DNA of 64,000 nucleotides from a bacterium (GTDB lineage: Bacteria > Hinthialibacterota > Hinthialibacteria > Hinthialibacterales > Hinthialibacteraceae), in assembly GCA_963662285.2 (NCBI GenBank), contig CAXXMV010000006.1:256001-320000 (forward strand). Reading direction: 5' to 3'. The translations under genes and the position numbers were made by a program. Numbering within the stretch: position 1 is the first letter of the stretch; each line of letters opens with the position of its first letter. A model generated the notes under the pieces. The model searched no databases, was not told the origin of the DNA, and was given only the letters and a program-made list of their open reading frames with translations. This document shows positions 1 through 9,725 of the stretch, piece by piece.

Positions 1-266
1 GAACATGGTTTTAGAATCGCTTTGTATGTAATATGAATTAAACGTATATATTAATATTTTAATTTTATTTAGCCTATTATGGGCTGTTAGGGTTGAGGAA
101 CAGTGTGACTTGATTGATTTCCTATTGTCTTAGTAGGAAATAACGGGAGAGATATCTCCCGCAATCCGTCTTGCTTCCTGATTTACCTCCTTAATCCCTT
201 TCATATATTCTTTTTTTTACCGGGAATCCCGTATATTTTTCTATTTCTGGAAGGAGGTAGTTTGAA

Positions 267-605
267 ATGGTTATGACTGTAGCCGCATCATCGGATATTC
301 CCAGATCGAATCGTTCATATATATATACTATTACGCTTTGGTGCATCCCGATTATTACCTGGGCGCTGATAATTGCCGTCTTTCTGCTTAATTCAAAGCC
401 CAAAATGGTTAATCTGGTTCAGTTGGATAATCCAGCGCAGTTTTCCCGCATCACCCAAAAACTTGATAAGAATGGCATTAACTATGAAACTCTTAACCAA
501 AATACCATCCTGGTTGAAAAATCGCAAAAACCACGTGCGGTAATAAATCTAGCCAGTGAAAAATTGCCGGGCGACAATTCTGATAATAATGAAACTGCTG
601 AATAA
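267..605 (+). CDS. Short FliF N-terminal paralog (one TM helix plus first ring-building motif)
   Basis: AGGAGG RBS upstream; PKMVNLVQLDNPAQFSRITQKLDKNGINYETLNQNTILVEKSQKP closely matches PQMVTLVRMDNPAKLARIIEKLDADGIKYETPNENTILIDKSQKP in the next gene. Confidence 0.65.
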   Translation: MVMTVAASSDIPRSNRSYIYTITLWCIPIITWALIIAVFLLNSKPKMVNLVQLDNPAQFSRITQKLDKNGINYETLNQNTILVEKSQKPRAVINLASEKLPGDNSDNNETAE

Positions 606-639
606 GTCTTGATTACTTTTTGCTGTTAAGGATAGGGAA

Positions 640-2244
640 ATGAATGAATTTTACCAACAACTTCGAGAACAGGTTACCCGTATTTGGGAAAACATCTCTA
701 TCCAGCAGAAAATCCTGTTTGTTGCGGCGCCGGTTGTTCTTCTTTTAGCTATGGGATTCGCAGTTTATCTGGCTAGCCGTCCTCAAATGGTTACTCTGGT
801 AAGGATGGATAATCCCGCTAAACTTGCCCGAATTATAGAAAAACTGGATGCTGATGGCATTAAGTATGAAACTCCCAACGAAAATACTATCCTGATTGAT
901 AAATCTCAAAAACCACTGGCGATTATGAACCTGTCCGGCGAAAGTTTGATAGGAACCGATACAGGCGCCGGGTGGAGCCTGTTCGACAAAACCAGCCTGG
1001 GCATGACCGACCGGCAGTTCGATGTAAAGAGCCAGCGCGCCCTGCAGGATGAATTGGAATATACTATTGTTTCCGGTTCAGATGATATTACTGACGCCCG
1101 CGTCCATTTTGTTAATCCGCCTGTGTCTCTGTTTTCAGAGGACGCCGCAATACCTAAGGCTTCAGTCAAACTGAATGCTTATGGTTCCATATCCAAGAGC
1201 CGTGTTATCGGCGTGCAGAATCTGGTTGCTGCCAGCATCCCGCGTCTTGAGCCTGAGAATGTCAGAGTTTTAGATAAAACCAATAAACTTCTCAGCGAAG
1301 CGTCCAGCGAAGAAACCGGCGTTGGAATGAAAACCAAACAGTTGGAAGTTCAACTTTCGATAGAGAATATTCTACGCGGTAAACTAGAGGATGCATTGTA
1401 CACTTTGGTAGGTGAAAATAATTTTCAAGTCACGGTAAACGCCATCCTCGATTGGACGAAAGAGCGCGTCGAGCAAACCGATATCCAAAGCGACAGTCAG
1501 GCTGTAATCAGTGAAAAGTCTTATGAGGAAGAGAATAGCAGCCCATCCATCTCCGGCCCTCCAGGAGTAGATGCAAATGTTCAGGGACAGGATACCGGCA
1601 TAGGCGCCCAAACCTCAGTCAACAATACCATTGCAGAAACCATCACCAACTATCAATATCCCTGGCTCAAACGTTTCGTTGAGGAGCCTATCGGTGAAGT
1701 AAAAGAAATTTCCGTCGCTATTGCGCTTAATTATGTTGAAGATCCAGACACTGGTGAAAGGGTGACGCGTCCGCCCGAGGAACTGCAGAAGCTGACTCGA
1801 ATGACTCGCACTAGTGTGGGGCTGCCGCCATTAGAAACAGCGGATTCTATTCATAACTTTGTTATCGAAGAGATTGCCTTCGATGAATCCGAAGCGAATG
1901 CATTGGCGAGAGAACAACTTTGGAAGAATATAACATCAATTATTAAAACAATACTGCCGCTGGTGTTGCTCTTCGCGTTGGGATATTTCGTTTATATCTT
2001 CTTCCAGAGTGCATTTGCTCCACCGGAAATAGATATGGAAGAAGAAGAAGAAATACCTATCGAGCCAGTGACCGAGGCCAAGGAACTCACTCTTTCGCAA
2101 CTTGGTCTGGCGGAGTTTGGCGATATCGCCAGTCTGCCTGCTGAAGAACAGCGGCGTTTGAAAATGCAGGAGCATGTTATCAATTACGCAGCTGAGAAGC
2201 CGGAAGAAGTGGCGGCTATTATAAAAGCCTGGTTGAGCGCGTAG
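640..2244 (+). CDS. fliF: Flagellar MS-ring protein FliF
   Basis: Two TM helices, LFDKTSLGMT..F, ARVH, ASVKL, LVAASIPRL.PENV motifs, C-terminal PEEVAAIIKAWL; directly upstream of fliG. Confidence 0.95.
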   Translation: MNEFYQQLREQVTRIWENISIQQKILFVAAPVVLLLAMGFAVYLASRPQMVTLVRMDNPAKLARIIEKLDADGIKYETPNENTILIDKSQKPLAIMNLSGESLIGTDTGAGWSLFDKTSLGMTDRQFDVKSQRALQDELEYTIVSGSDDITDARVHFVNPPVSLFSEDAAIPKASVKLNAYGSISKSRVIGVQNLVAASIPRLEPENVRVLDKTNKLLSEASSEETGVGMKTKQLEVQLSIENILRGKLEDALYTLVGENNFQVTVNAILDWTKERVEQTDIQSDSQAVISEKSYEEENSSPSISGPPGVDANVQGQDTGIGAQTSVNNTIAETITNYQYPWLKRFVEEPIGEVKEISVAIALNYVEDPDTGERVTRPPEELQKLTRMTRTSVGLPPLETADSIHNFVIEEIAFDESEANALAREQLWKNITSIIKTILPLVLLFALGYFVYIFFQSAFAPPEIDMEEEEEIPIEPVTEAKELTLSQLGLAEFGDIASLPAEEQRRLKMQEHVINYAAEKPEEVAAIIKAWLSA

Positions 2245-2290
2245 AAGAACTTGATTTGGGCGCTTCTCGTGGGCGCCCGATTACATAGGC

Positions 2291-2513
2291 TTTTGGGAAA
2301 AGATGGGACACGCTTTCGCTTTGTCCCATCCTACGATGCTGCGGTTTAGTAGGTGGCTTTGGTGGGCTACGCTGTCGCTTTTAGCCCACCCTACGGATGT
2401 TTTTGGGGGAAAGATGGGACATGCTTCGCTTTGTCCCATCCTACGGATGCTGCGGTTTAGTAGGTGGCTTTGGTGGGCTACGCTGTCGCTTTTAGCCCAC
2501 CCTACGGATGTTT
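2291..2513 (-). repeat. Tandem duplication (about 111-bp unit) of paired GTAG-type REP palindromes
   Basis: Each unit contains, on the minus strand, GTAGGGTGGGCTAAAAGCGACAGCGTAGCCCACC and GTAGGATGGGACAAAGCGAA-GCRTGTCCCATC. Confidence 0.9.
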
Positions 2514-2544
2514 TGCTTGCCCTAAGAGGGTATGAGGTTGAGGC

Positions 2545-3567
2545 GTGCGCGATAATCAGAAAAGAGACATCCCTGTTACCGGCCGCAAGAAGGCCGCTCT
2601 GCTGCTTTTGGCTATTGGACCGGATAGCGCGGCGGAGATATATCGTCATCTGTCGGATACGGATATCGAACAGATTACGCTTGAAGTCGCCAATAGTGGA
2701 AACATATCTCAAGAACAGACGGCCAAGGTCATCGAAGAGTTCTATCATACCGCGATGGCCAAACAATACATCAGTCATGGCGGACTCCAGACGGCGCGTG
2801 AAATTCTGGAAAAAGCGCTTGGACCCGGCAAGGCTATGGAGATTATCGAACATCTTCAGGGTATGCTGACCGGCAATCCATTTGATTTTCTCAAGCATGT
2901 TGATCTTAATAATCTGCTCAATTTCCTACAACATGAACACCCGCAGACCATAGCTCTTATTCTATCTCATCTCAACGATGATGCGGCGGCGGGGATTTTA
3001 TCTGCGCTTGATTCTGAGATTCAAAAAGAAGTGGCGTTGCGCATTGCTACCATGGATCAGACCAATCCAGAGATTATCTCTGAAATTGAACGCATCCTGG
3101 AAAAGAAGATGGCAACTATGCTGTCGCAGGAATATACACCGTCCGGCGGCATTGATTCGCTGGCCGAACTGCTAAACCGGGTGGATCGCAGCACCAGCCG
3201 CTCCATCCTGGATTCGTTAGAAAATGAAAACCAGGAATTGGCCAGCGAAATCAAAAAACAGATGTTTACTTTCGACGATTTGACAATGCTCAACGACCGC
3301 ACTCTGCAAAAGGTGTTGCAAGGCGTCAATATGAAGGATCTGGCGGCGGCTTTGAAAGGCGCCACCGATGAAGTTCGAAGCCAGATTCTTGGCAATGTCT
3401 CCTCGCGTATGGCTCAAACGCTGATCGAGGATATGGAACTGATGGGGCCGGTGCGCATTCAGACGGTTGAAGAGTCGCAGCAGAAGATTATAAATCTGAT
3501 CCGCACTATGGAAGAAAACGGCGAGATCGATAGCCTGCATGCTAGTGATGAAGAATATATTGGATAG
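2545..3567 (+). CDS. fliG: Flagellar motor switch protein FliG
   Basis: TGRKKAALLLL, PFDFL, EHPQTIALILSHL, GG linker, MFTFDDL, GPVR motifs. Confidence 0.97.
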   Translation: MRDNQKRDIPVTGRKKAALLLLAIGPDSAAEIYRHLSDTDIEQITLEVANSGNISQEQTAKVIEEFYHTAMAKQYISHGGLQTAREILEKALGPGKAMEIIEHLQGMLTGNPFDFLKHVDLNNLLNFLQHEHPQTIALILSHLNDDAAAGILSALDSEIQKEVALRIATMDQTNPEIISEIERILEKKMATMLSQEYTPSGGIDSLAELLNRVDRSTSRSILDSLENENQELASEIKKQMFTFDDLTMLNDRTLQKVLQGVNMKDLAAALKGATDEVRSQILGNVSSRMAQTLIEDMELMGPVRIQTVEESQQKIINLIRTMEENGEIDSLHASDEEYIG

Positions 3568-3571
3568 ACAG

Positions 3572-3665
3572 TCCCCTCTCCCGGCGGGAGAGGGATGTTG
3601 AAGATATAAATTGTTGGATATACATTCCTCTCCCAAGATTGGGAGAGGTTAGGAGAGGGTTGATA
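3572..3665. repeat. CCCTCTCCC..GGGAGAGGG palindrome family (two copies)
   Basis: Hairpins at 3572-3595 and 3622-3665; related copies at 4081-4110, 9511-9554 and 11196-11229. Confidence 0.8.
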
Positions 3666-3674
3666 GTAATACCT

Positions 3675-3756
3675 GATGGGATACGCTATGCTTCTACTGG
3701 TTGGTGTTAGTAGGTGGCTTTGGTGGGCTACGCTGGCGCTTTTAGCCCACCCTACG
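3675..3756 (-). repeat. GTAG-type REP pair (one copy degenerate)
   Basis: GGTGGGCTACGCTGGCGCTTTTAGCCCACCCTAC, same family as 2361-2394. Confidence 0.8.
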
Positions 3757-3808
3757 GTTTTATACAGCGGTTTTTTGCATGTTTTGTGAAATTTCGCCCT
3801 CACCCTAG

Positions 3809-4027
3809 CGGGCGCCAAGGGCAGTGTATTTTCTGCCCTTGATTGAGTTTGCCTCTTTTATTTCAATAATTTGTATCAACGTTTTACTCAACAAATTGAA
3901 TTATGATTAACGTGCAATTATTAATTGTTGGATTGAATTCATTATAAAAACGTGAATATCATAGTAATTCTTCTGCTTTTCAATAGTTTTCGATCAAGGG
4001 CAGAAAGGACGCTGCCCTTGGCACCCG
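3809..4027. mobile_element. REPIN/MITE-like element with 38-bp inverted palindromic termini
   Basis: CGGGCGCCAAGGGCAGTGTATTTTCTGCCCTTGATTGA (3809-3846) matches the reverse complement of 3990-4027 at 33/38; AT-rich core; related single units at 11121-11162 and 15198-15241. Confidence 0.65.
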
Positions 4028-4183
4028 TATCGCAGTCTTCATAGCCATGAATCAAAGCAAAACTTTTGGGTAAAGATCAGCCCGGCGGGAGAGGGTTAGG
4101 GTGAGGGGGGATTTGAATCAATTAAGTTGATTGTTACAGATGGGACGCGCTATCGTTTGTCTCATCTACGGGATATAGAAAAT

Positions 4184-4669
4184 ATGAAAATATTCATTGC
4201 TTCTCCATTAGGATTTGCTGAAAGCAGCCGGGCGTTTATGACTGTTCTGGCTGATAAATTGCGCGAATTAGGATTTGAACCAGTAAATCCCTGGGATGCA
4301 TCCGCTGACCTGGAAGAAGAACTGCATCAGGCTGATTTGATTACTGAACGCGACGCAAGACAACAAACGCTCAACCTTATTTCAATGCGTATTGCGGAAC
4401 GCAACGCGTCTCTGCTGAAAAGCTGCGACGCTGTTCTGGCCGTACTGGACGGCTGCGACGTCGATTCAGGAACTGCATCTGAAATTGGCTACGTCTTTGG
4501 CCTGGGAGGCAAGGTTATCAATGGCTACCGGGGTGATTTCCGGCAGTCAGGTGAAAATGATGGCGTACAGGTTAATCTCCAAGTACAATATTGGATAGAA
4601 AGAAGCGGTGGATTAATAGTCTCTTCGCTTGGAGATATTGGAATGCTTAAGTTCGGGAAGAAGGATTAA
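4184..4669 (+). CDS. Nucleoside 2-deoxyribosyltransferase family protein
   Basis: KIFIASP.GF and CDAVLAVLDG.DVDSGTASEIGY signature; start moved from 4127 because the extension is REP-derived. Confidence 0.88.
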   Translation: MKIFIASPLGFAESSRAFMTVLADKLRELGFEPVNPWDASADLEEELHQADLITERDARQQTLNLISMRIAERNASLLKSCDAVLAVLDGCDVDSGTASEIGYVFGLGGKVINGYRGDFRQSGENDGVQVNLQVQYWIERSGGLIVSSLGDIGMLKFGKKD

Positions 4670-4675
4670 CCTATA

Positions 4676-5401
4676 GTGGCGCGAATTATAAAAGCTCCTA
4701 ATGTCAAACAGGAAAAGCCTTACCGCATCGTTGAAACAGAGAAGGTCTTGCGCCACGCTGATGATGATGCGGCGGATATCATAGCAAAAGCTCATTCTCA
4801 AGAAGAAGAAATTCTCAAATCCGCTGTGGAGCAGGCCGATGGGATTATCGCCGATGCAGAAGGTCAAATAGTTGAAATGCACAGCCAGGCGCAAGCCGAA
4901 GCTGAAGTGATTAAAGAACAGGCCAAACAACAAGGGCATCAGGAAGGTTTGGTTCAGGCGACTAAAGATGCCAAACAGCAGGTTTCGGGCGTGGTTCAGG
5001 AACTAAAGAACATGATTGCCCAAGGACAGAGTATACTTGAAGGCATGATTTTGGATCAGGAAGAAGATATTCGCAAGTTAACGGTGGAAATTGTGGGACG
5101 CGTTATCCAACAAAAGATCGAGACCGATGATGAAGTAGTGGTGCGCGTTGCGCAGGAATGCATCCGGCAGGCTGCTGATAGACAGAAACTACGCATTCTG
5201 GTTCACCCGGATAATCAGCAGAAAATTGAAGAATGGGCCCCGGAATTCTCGCGTATGTTTGATGACATAGAAAAATTATCCATTGAAGCCGATCCACGGG
5301 TTCAGCCGGGCGGCGTTATCATTGAATCGGGCGCCGGTGGAGTTGATGGGCGCATAGATAAGCAAGTCGAAATACTAAATGACGTTGTAACTAACTCATG
5401 A
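4676..5401 (+). CDS. fliH: Flagellar assembly protein FliH
   Basis: Coiled coil with AxxxGxxxG repeats, VHPDN, DP.V.PGGVIIES..G.VDGRI; overlaps the fliI start. Confidence 0.92.
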   Translation: MARIIKAPNVKQEKPYRIVETEKVLRHADDDAADIIAKAHSQEEEILKSAVEQADGIIADAEGQIVEMHSQAQAEAEVIKEQAKQQGHQEGLVQATKDAKQQVSGVVQELKNMIAQGQSILEGMILDQEEDIRKLTVEIVGRVIQQKIETDDEVVVRVAQECIRQAADRQKLRILVHPDNQQKIEEWAPEFSRMFDDIEKLSIEADPRVQPGGVIIESGAGGVDGRIDKQVEILNDVVTNS

Positions 5402-6852
5402 CGTTATCTCCTCATCACGTTGATTGGGAAGCAATACATTGGTCGTTGCAAGCGACTCATGCCATACGTCAACGTGGATATGTTGATGAACTGGTCGGCG
5501 TCGTCATCATGGCGCGTGGACCGGGCGGCGCCATCGGAGATCTGGTCTATATCCACCCCGCATTTGGCCAGGAACCTATCCCTGCGGAAATTGTGGGTTT
5601 TCGATCTGGACGCGTTATTCTGATGGCATTCGGTGAAATGACGGGCATCCGCCCCGGCTGTGAAGTTATCTCTTCGGGCGGACCACTTAAAGTCAAATGC
5701 GGTGAAGGTCTTTTAGGGCGCATCCTTGACGGTATGGGTTACCCTATCGACGGTAAAGGTCCGGCCAAAACCAATACTCTGCTTTCGATTTACAACCGTC
5801 CTCCAAGCGCGATAAACCGGCAGCGCATCAAGGAGCCGCTATCTACCGGCGTTAAGGTGATTGACTCAATTCTCTCATGGGGCAAAGGTCAACGCATCGG
5901 AGTATTCGCGGGCAGCGGGGTGGGGAAGAGCACCCTGATGGGCATGATCGCCCGTTCCACCGAAGCCGATGTAAACGTTATCGCATTAATCGGAGAACGC
6001 GGGCGCGAAGTGCGCGAGTTTATCGAGAAGGACCTGGGAGAAGAGGGTTTGAAGCGCAGCGTCCTGGTGGTCGCCACGGGCGATAATCCACCTTTGTTGC
6101 GCGTTAAAGGCGCACTATCCGCTATGACTATCGCGGAGTATTTCCGCGATCAGGGCAAGAATGTTTTGTTTATGATGGACTCGGTCACACGTATGGCCAT
6201 GTCGCAACGCGAAGTTGGTTTGGCTTCGGGTGAACCTCCTACCACGCGTGGTTATACGCCTTCGGTTTTTTCCATGCTGCCCTCGTTTCTGGAGCGGGCG
6301 GGAACCACTCCCGGCGAAGGAACCATCACCGGATTGATTACCGTCCTGGTCGAAGGCGATGATATGAATGAACCGATCGCCGATGCAGTGCGCGGCATCC
6401 TGGATGGTCATATCGTATTATCCCGCGACCTGGCGCATCGCAATCACTATCCCTCAGTGGATATTCTGCAAAGCGTCAGCCGCGCTATGGTTGATATCGT
6501 TCCTGAAGATCATTATACTGCGGCGCGACGTATTTCTGAAATTACTTCGGTTTACCGTGACGCAGAAGATTTGATTAATATTGGCGCTTACCAGAGGGGC
6601 AGTAATCCAGAAATTGATTTGGCAATCGATATGATCCCTACTATAAACGCTTTCTTGAAACAGCGAATTAATGAAGCATTTCCCTTTGAAGATTCGTTGG
6701 ATCAATTGATGAAAATCTTCGCTCAATGCGCTCCCCGTAAAGTTGCGCCTCCACCCAGGCCAACTCAACCGCAACAGAAACAGCAAACCCAACAGCAAGG
6801 TCAGCAGCTGAGGCGACCGCAACAACCTAATGGCGCCGGAGCGCAGCGATGA
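5398..6852 (+). CDS. fliI: Flagellar export ATPase FliI
   Basis: Walker A AGSGVGKS, IGERGREV, Walker B MMDSVTR, GEPPTTRGY, LDGHIVLSR. Confidence 0.97.
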   Translation: MTLSPHHVDWEAIHWSLQATHAIRQRGYVDELVGVVIMARGPGGAIGDLVYIHPAFGQEPIPAEIVGFRSGRVILMAFGEMTGIRPGCEVISSGGPLKVKCGEGLLGRILDGMGYPIDGKGPAKTNTLLSIYNRPPSAINRQRIKEPLSTGVKVIDSILSWGKGQRIGVFAGSGVGKSTLMGMIARSTEADVNVIALIGERGREVREFIEKDLGEEGLKRSVLVVATGDNPPLLRVKGALSAMTIAEYFRDQGKNVLFMMDSVTRMAMSQREVGLASGEPPTTRGYTPSVFSMLPSFLERAGTTPGEGTITGLITVLVEGDDMNEPIADAVRGILDGHIVLSRDLAHRNHYPSVDILQSVSRAMVDIVPEDHYTAARRISEITSVYRDAEDLINIGAYQRGSNPEIDLAIDMIPTINAFLKQRINEAFPFEDSLDQLMKIFAQCAPRKVAPPPRPTQPQQKQQTQQQGQQLRRPQQPNGAGAQR

Positions 6853-8252
6853 GAAACTTTCGATTCCGTCTGGACCCGGTTATGCGGTTGAAGGAATATA
6901 AAATCCAACAGGTCGAAGATGAAATGTCCCGCATTGAGCAGGAAATTCAGCGTTTACTGCGCGAGAACGAAGCCGGGCGGGTGGCGGTGCAAAACCTGAG
7001 GCGTCATATTATGGAAGAGGTTCAGGATCATAATCTGGTGCAGAGTGAATTGCAACTAGTGCTGTTTACAGAATTTAGCGTAAAAGAAGAACTGCGCCGT
7101 GATGGTGAAATCGCTAAACATAAAGAAGAAAAAGAACTAAAACATCAGGAATTGATTAAACTATATCAGGAGCAGAAGGCTCTTGAACGATTAAAAGAAC
7201 GCCGTAAGACAGAATGGGAAACGGAAATGCGTAAAGAAGAGAGTGCTATTATGGACGAAATCGGTACGCAAAAATATGTTCGCCGCGATAACGAGTTCGG
7301 TGGAGTCATCCTCTATCTGCTGGTTCCGATAGTGTTAGTCGGCGCCATCGCCGCCGCTGGAATCTATACCGGAGTTATCGATCAGGAGATGTTGAACAAA
7401 TTGCCTTTCTTCGGAGCTACTCCGCAAAGCGCAACGGCGACAATTCAAAGCGTGACCGGGCCTTTGGAAGAAGATTATCTGACTCTGGAACAGATGATTG
7501 GCGACCCTGATACGCCGATGCCCGAACTGCTTAAAAATATCGCCGCCATCAAGACTCAGCTAGATAAAAAATCGCAATCCTTAGCTGAACGTGAAAGACT
7601 TCTGGCGGAACAGGAAGCGCGAATTGGAAATATGCAGAACATGTTGGCGGGAGAGACCAAGCGGGCGTCTGATTACCTGATGGCCTACCAGGATTTAAAA
7701 CGTCAGTTGGAGGAAAGCAAAACCAGCGAACTAAGCCAGTATGAAGTTGACCTGGCCAAAACGCTTTCCTCAGCTAAAGGAAAAGAACTGGCGGGGATTT
7801 TATCAGAATTATACGGTAAACCCAATGTACTCGACAACCTGCGTACTCAGGAACGAGCTCTTTTAATAAATGAGCCTATAATTATTAAAGAACTGGCGGA
7901 TTTGAAACAAAAACTTCAAACCGGTCAGGCGACCCCTGCTGAGGTCGCCGCAAAAGAGGATGAGATTGCAGCGAGTAAATTAGAATTGGAAGACCTTCAG
8001 GAACAAATTAAGAAAATCCGCGATAGTCAATTGCTTTTATTGAGGATTCTGCACCGATTCCAACCGCGAGGACAAAAAGACCTTTTTGTTGCGCTGGGTA
8101 AGTCCGATCCGCAGACCGCTGCACAAATTATCGCTGATTTCGCTACTACAGACAGCTTCGAACTGAACAATATCCAGCCTACTCCGACGCCCTTGCCTAC
8201 TGCGGCGGATGATGGAATCGGGAGCGGTACAGGGCCGCTTGGGTCGGGATGA
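6849..8252 (+). CDS. fliJ: FliJ fused to a TM helix and a MotE/FlbB/YlxF-like coiled-coil region
   Basis: N-terminal MRNFRFRLDPVMRLK...KALERLKERR...E...MDE typical of FliJ; hydrophobic helix near aa 152-175; long C-terminal coiled coil; follows fliI. Confidence 0.75.
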   Translation: MRNFRFRLDPVMRLKEYKIQQVEDEMSRIEQEIQRLLRENEAGRVAVQNLRRHIMEEVQDHNLVQSELQLVLFTEFSVKEELRRDGEIAKHKEEKELKHQELIKLYQEQKALERLKERRKTEWETEMRKEESAIMDEIGTQKYVRRDNEFGGVILYLLVPIVLVGAIAAAGIYTGVIDQEMLNKLPFFGATPQSATATIQSVTGPLEEDYLTLEQMIGDPDTPMPELLKNIAAIKTQLDKKSQSLAERERLLAEQEARIGNMQNMLAGETKRASDYLMAYQDLKRQLEESKTSELSQYEVDLAKTLSSAKGKELAGILSELYGKPNVLDNLRTQERALLINEPIIIKELADLKQKLQTGQATPAEVAAKEDEIAASKLELEDLQEQIKKIRDSQLLLLRILHRFQPRGQKDLFVALGKSDPQTAAQIIADFATTDSFELNNIQPTPTPLPTAADDGIGSGTGPLGSG

Positions 8253-9393
8253 CTTTGTCCCAATCGTAAACTGTTTTAACCAATTCATAGGCGTTGAGGC
8301 GCAGGCGACTTCGTTGGTCGGCGTCAGTGGCCAGCTGGATTACTGCTTCAGCGAAATCCTTGGATAGATCGGCGATTAATAAATGTTGATCATGCAATCC
8401 ATCCAGGCCTTCGCATCCCACTGGAGTGCTGACGATAGCGCGTCCTGAGGCCATGGCTTCCAGAATCTTCAACCTGATGCCCCCGCCGACGGTTAAGGGG
8501 ACGATATAAATTGCGGTCTGCTTCATGTATTGATCAATGCTGGGAACTCGTCCGGTGACATGAATTCCATCTCTACCATCATAATCCAGTATATCCTGCG
8601 GGGGATTGGCGCCGACTATCCAGCATTCAATCTGCGGCAGTGCGGCTCGTATGATCGGCCAACTGCTGTGCAGGAATGCCAGCATTCCCGTAACATTGGG
8701 GTAATATGACATGGTTCCGGTAAAAAGAATTGAGGGTGGTCCTTCCGGTTCATCAAGAAACGGATAACTCTTCAGATCAACTCCGGGACGCTGATGAATG
8801 GCTGGCAGGGCGCTATTGTAATGCAGTAAGACGTCTCTGTCATGGGGTGATATGGTCAGGATTTGGTCGAAGCGACGGCATAGTTTTATCTCATACCTAC
8901 GGGTGCGCCATCCTTCCAAACGGGCAGCGATTTTTACCAGGGGATTGGATGAATACTCGCTGTAACGCTGTAAAATATTACCTTCGATATTCTCCTTATA
9001 ATGCACTTTGAAGCAAGGTTCCGAGCCATTAACGTAAGCGGCGGTGTAGAAATTCTGGGCGTGAATCACATCGAAGCGGCGCCGTTTGAGCAGCCGTTGG
9101 ATGTATTGCGCCATTTCCCGGTTCCAGAATCGATGCGCTTTATAAGGCGAGGTGGAGCACATTGATCTGAGCAGAGGCTTGAACGACCATTTGCCGTTAG
9201 CGGGAAAGGCGGCGACTTCGCGGCAGATTTTTTTTACTTCATTTAGATATTCCAATTCAGAGGGATGATGATATAGGCAAACCAGGCTGACATCACATTC
9301 AGCAGCAAAGCGTTTGAGAGTATTCCAGGTTACAATACGTCCTCCGCTATGGGGAGGATAAGGAATTTGGGGAAGGATAAAAAGAATGTTCAT
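8197..9393 (-). CDS. Glycosyltransferase family 4
   Basis: PYPPHSGG, FTGTMSYYPN, GGGIRLKILEAMASG..IVST..GCEG; likely start MNILFIL at 9393. Confidence 0.92.
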   Translation of the reverse strand: MNILFILPQIPYPPHSGGRIVTWNTLKRFAAECDVSLVCLYHHPSELEYLNEVKKICREVAAFPANGKWSFKPLLRSMCSTSPYKAHRFWNREMAQYIQRLLKRRRFDVIHAQNFYTAAYVNGSEPCFKVHYKENIEGNILQRYSEYSSNPLVKIAARLEGWRTRRYEIKLCRRFDQILTISPHDRDVLLHYNSALPAIHQRPGVDLKSYPFLDEPEGPPSILFTGTMSYYPNVTGMLAFLHSSWPIIRAALPQIECWIVGANPPQDILDYDGRDGIHVTGRVPSIDQYMKQTAIYIVPLTVGGGIRLKILEAMASGRAIVSTPVGCEGLDGLHDQHLLIADLSKDFAEAVIQLATDADQRSRLRLNAYELVKTVYDWDKVIPTQAALYRSRFHHPPQ

Positions 9394-9510
9394 CGGTTGT
9401 TGTTTTATCCTTAAAACGGTGGTTATAGCGGTTAACAAAAATTTTTAATGATTGTGTTACACCCGTAAGGTGAAACGCGTATTCTGTTATTTCATTGCGA
9501 AGGAGGCTTG

Positions 9511-9554
9511 TATCAACCCTCTCCTAACCTCTCCCAATCTTGGGAGAGGAATGT
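9511..9554. repeat. Palindromic repeat, exact inverted copy of 3622-3665
   Basis: 44/44 identity to the reverse complement of 3622-3665. Confidence 0.9.
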
Positions 9555-9725
9555 TAAACCAACGTGTTTTGTATGACTAAGTCAAAAAGATATAACTGGT
9601 TATATCTCCAAAATCCCTATCCCCCAAGTTGGGGAGAATTCAAGAGGGGGTTGTTATCTAGCGCCTCTGATTATTTTATTAAACTAATAATCATAATCTA
9701 ATTGCCTTTTTTAGGTTTATGCGCA

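Noticed and set aside
2291-2513. Possible CRISPR array
   Set aside because: Only two units, the spacers are identical, the repeats are dispersed REPs and no cas genes are present
2281-2898. ORFs 2281-2898 (-) and 2303-2869 (+) with repeated peptides
   Set aside because: They are translations of the tandem REP units and overlap fliG
6730-6852. P/Q-rich tail on FliI
   Set aside because: Low-complexity extension with no further supporting signal
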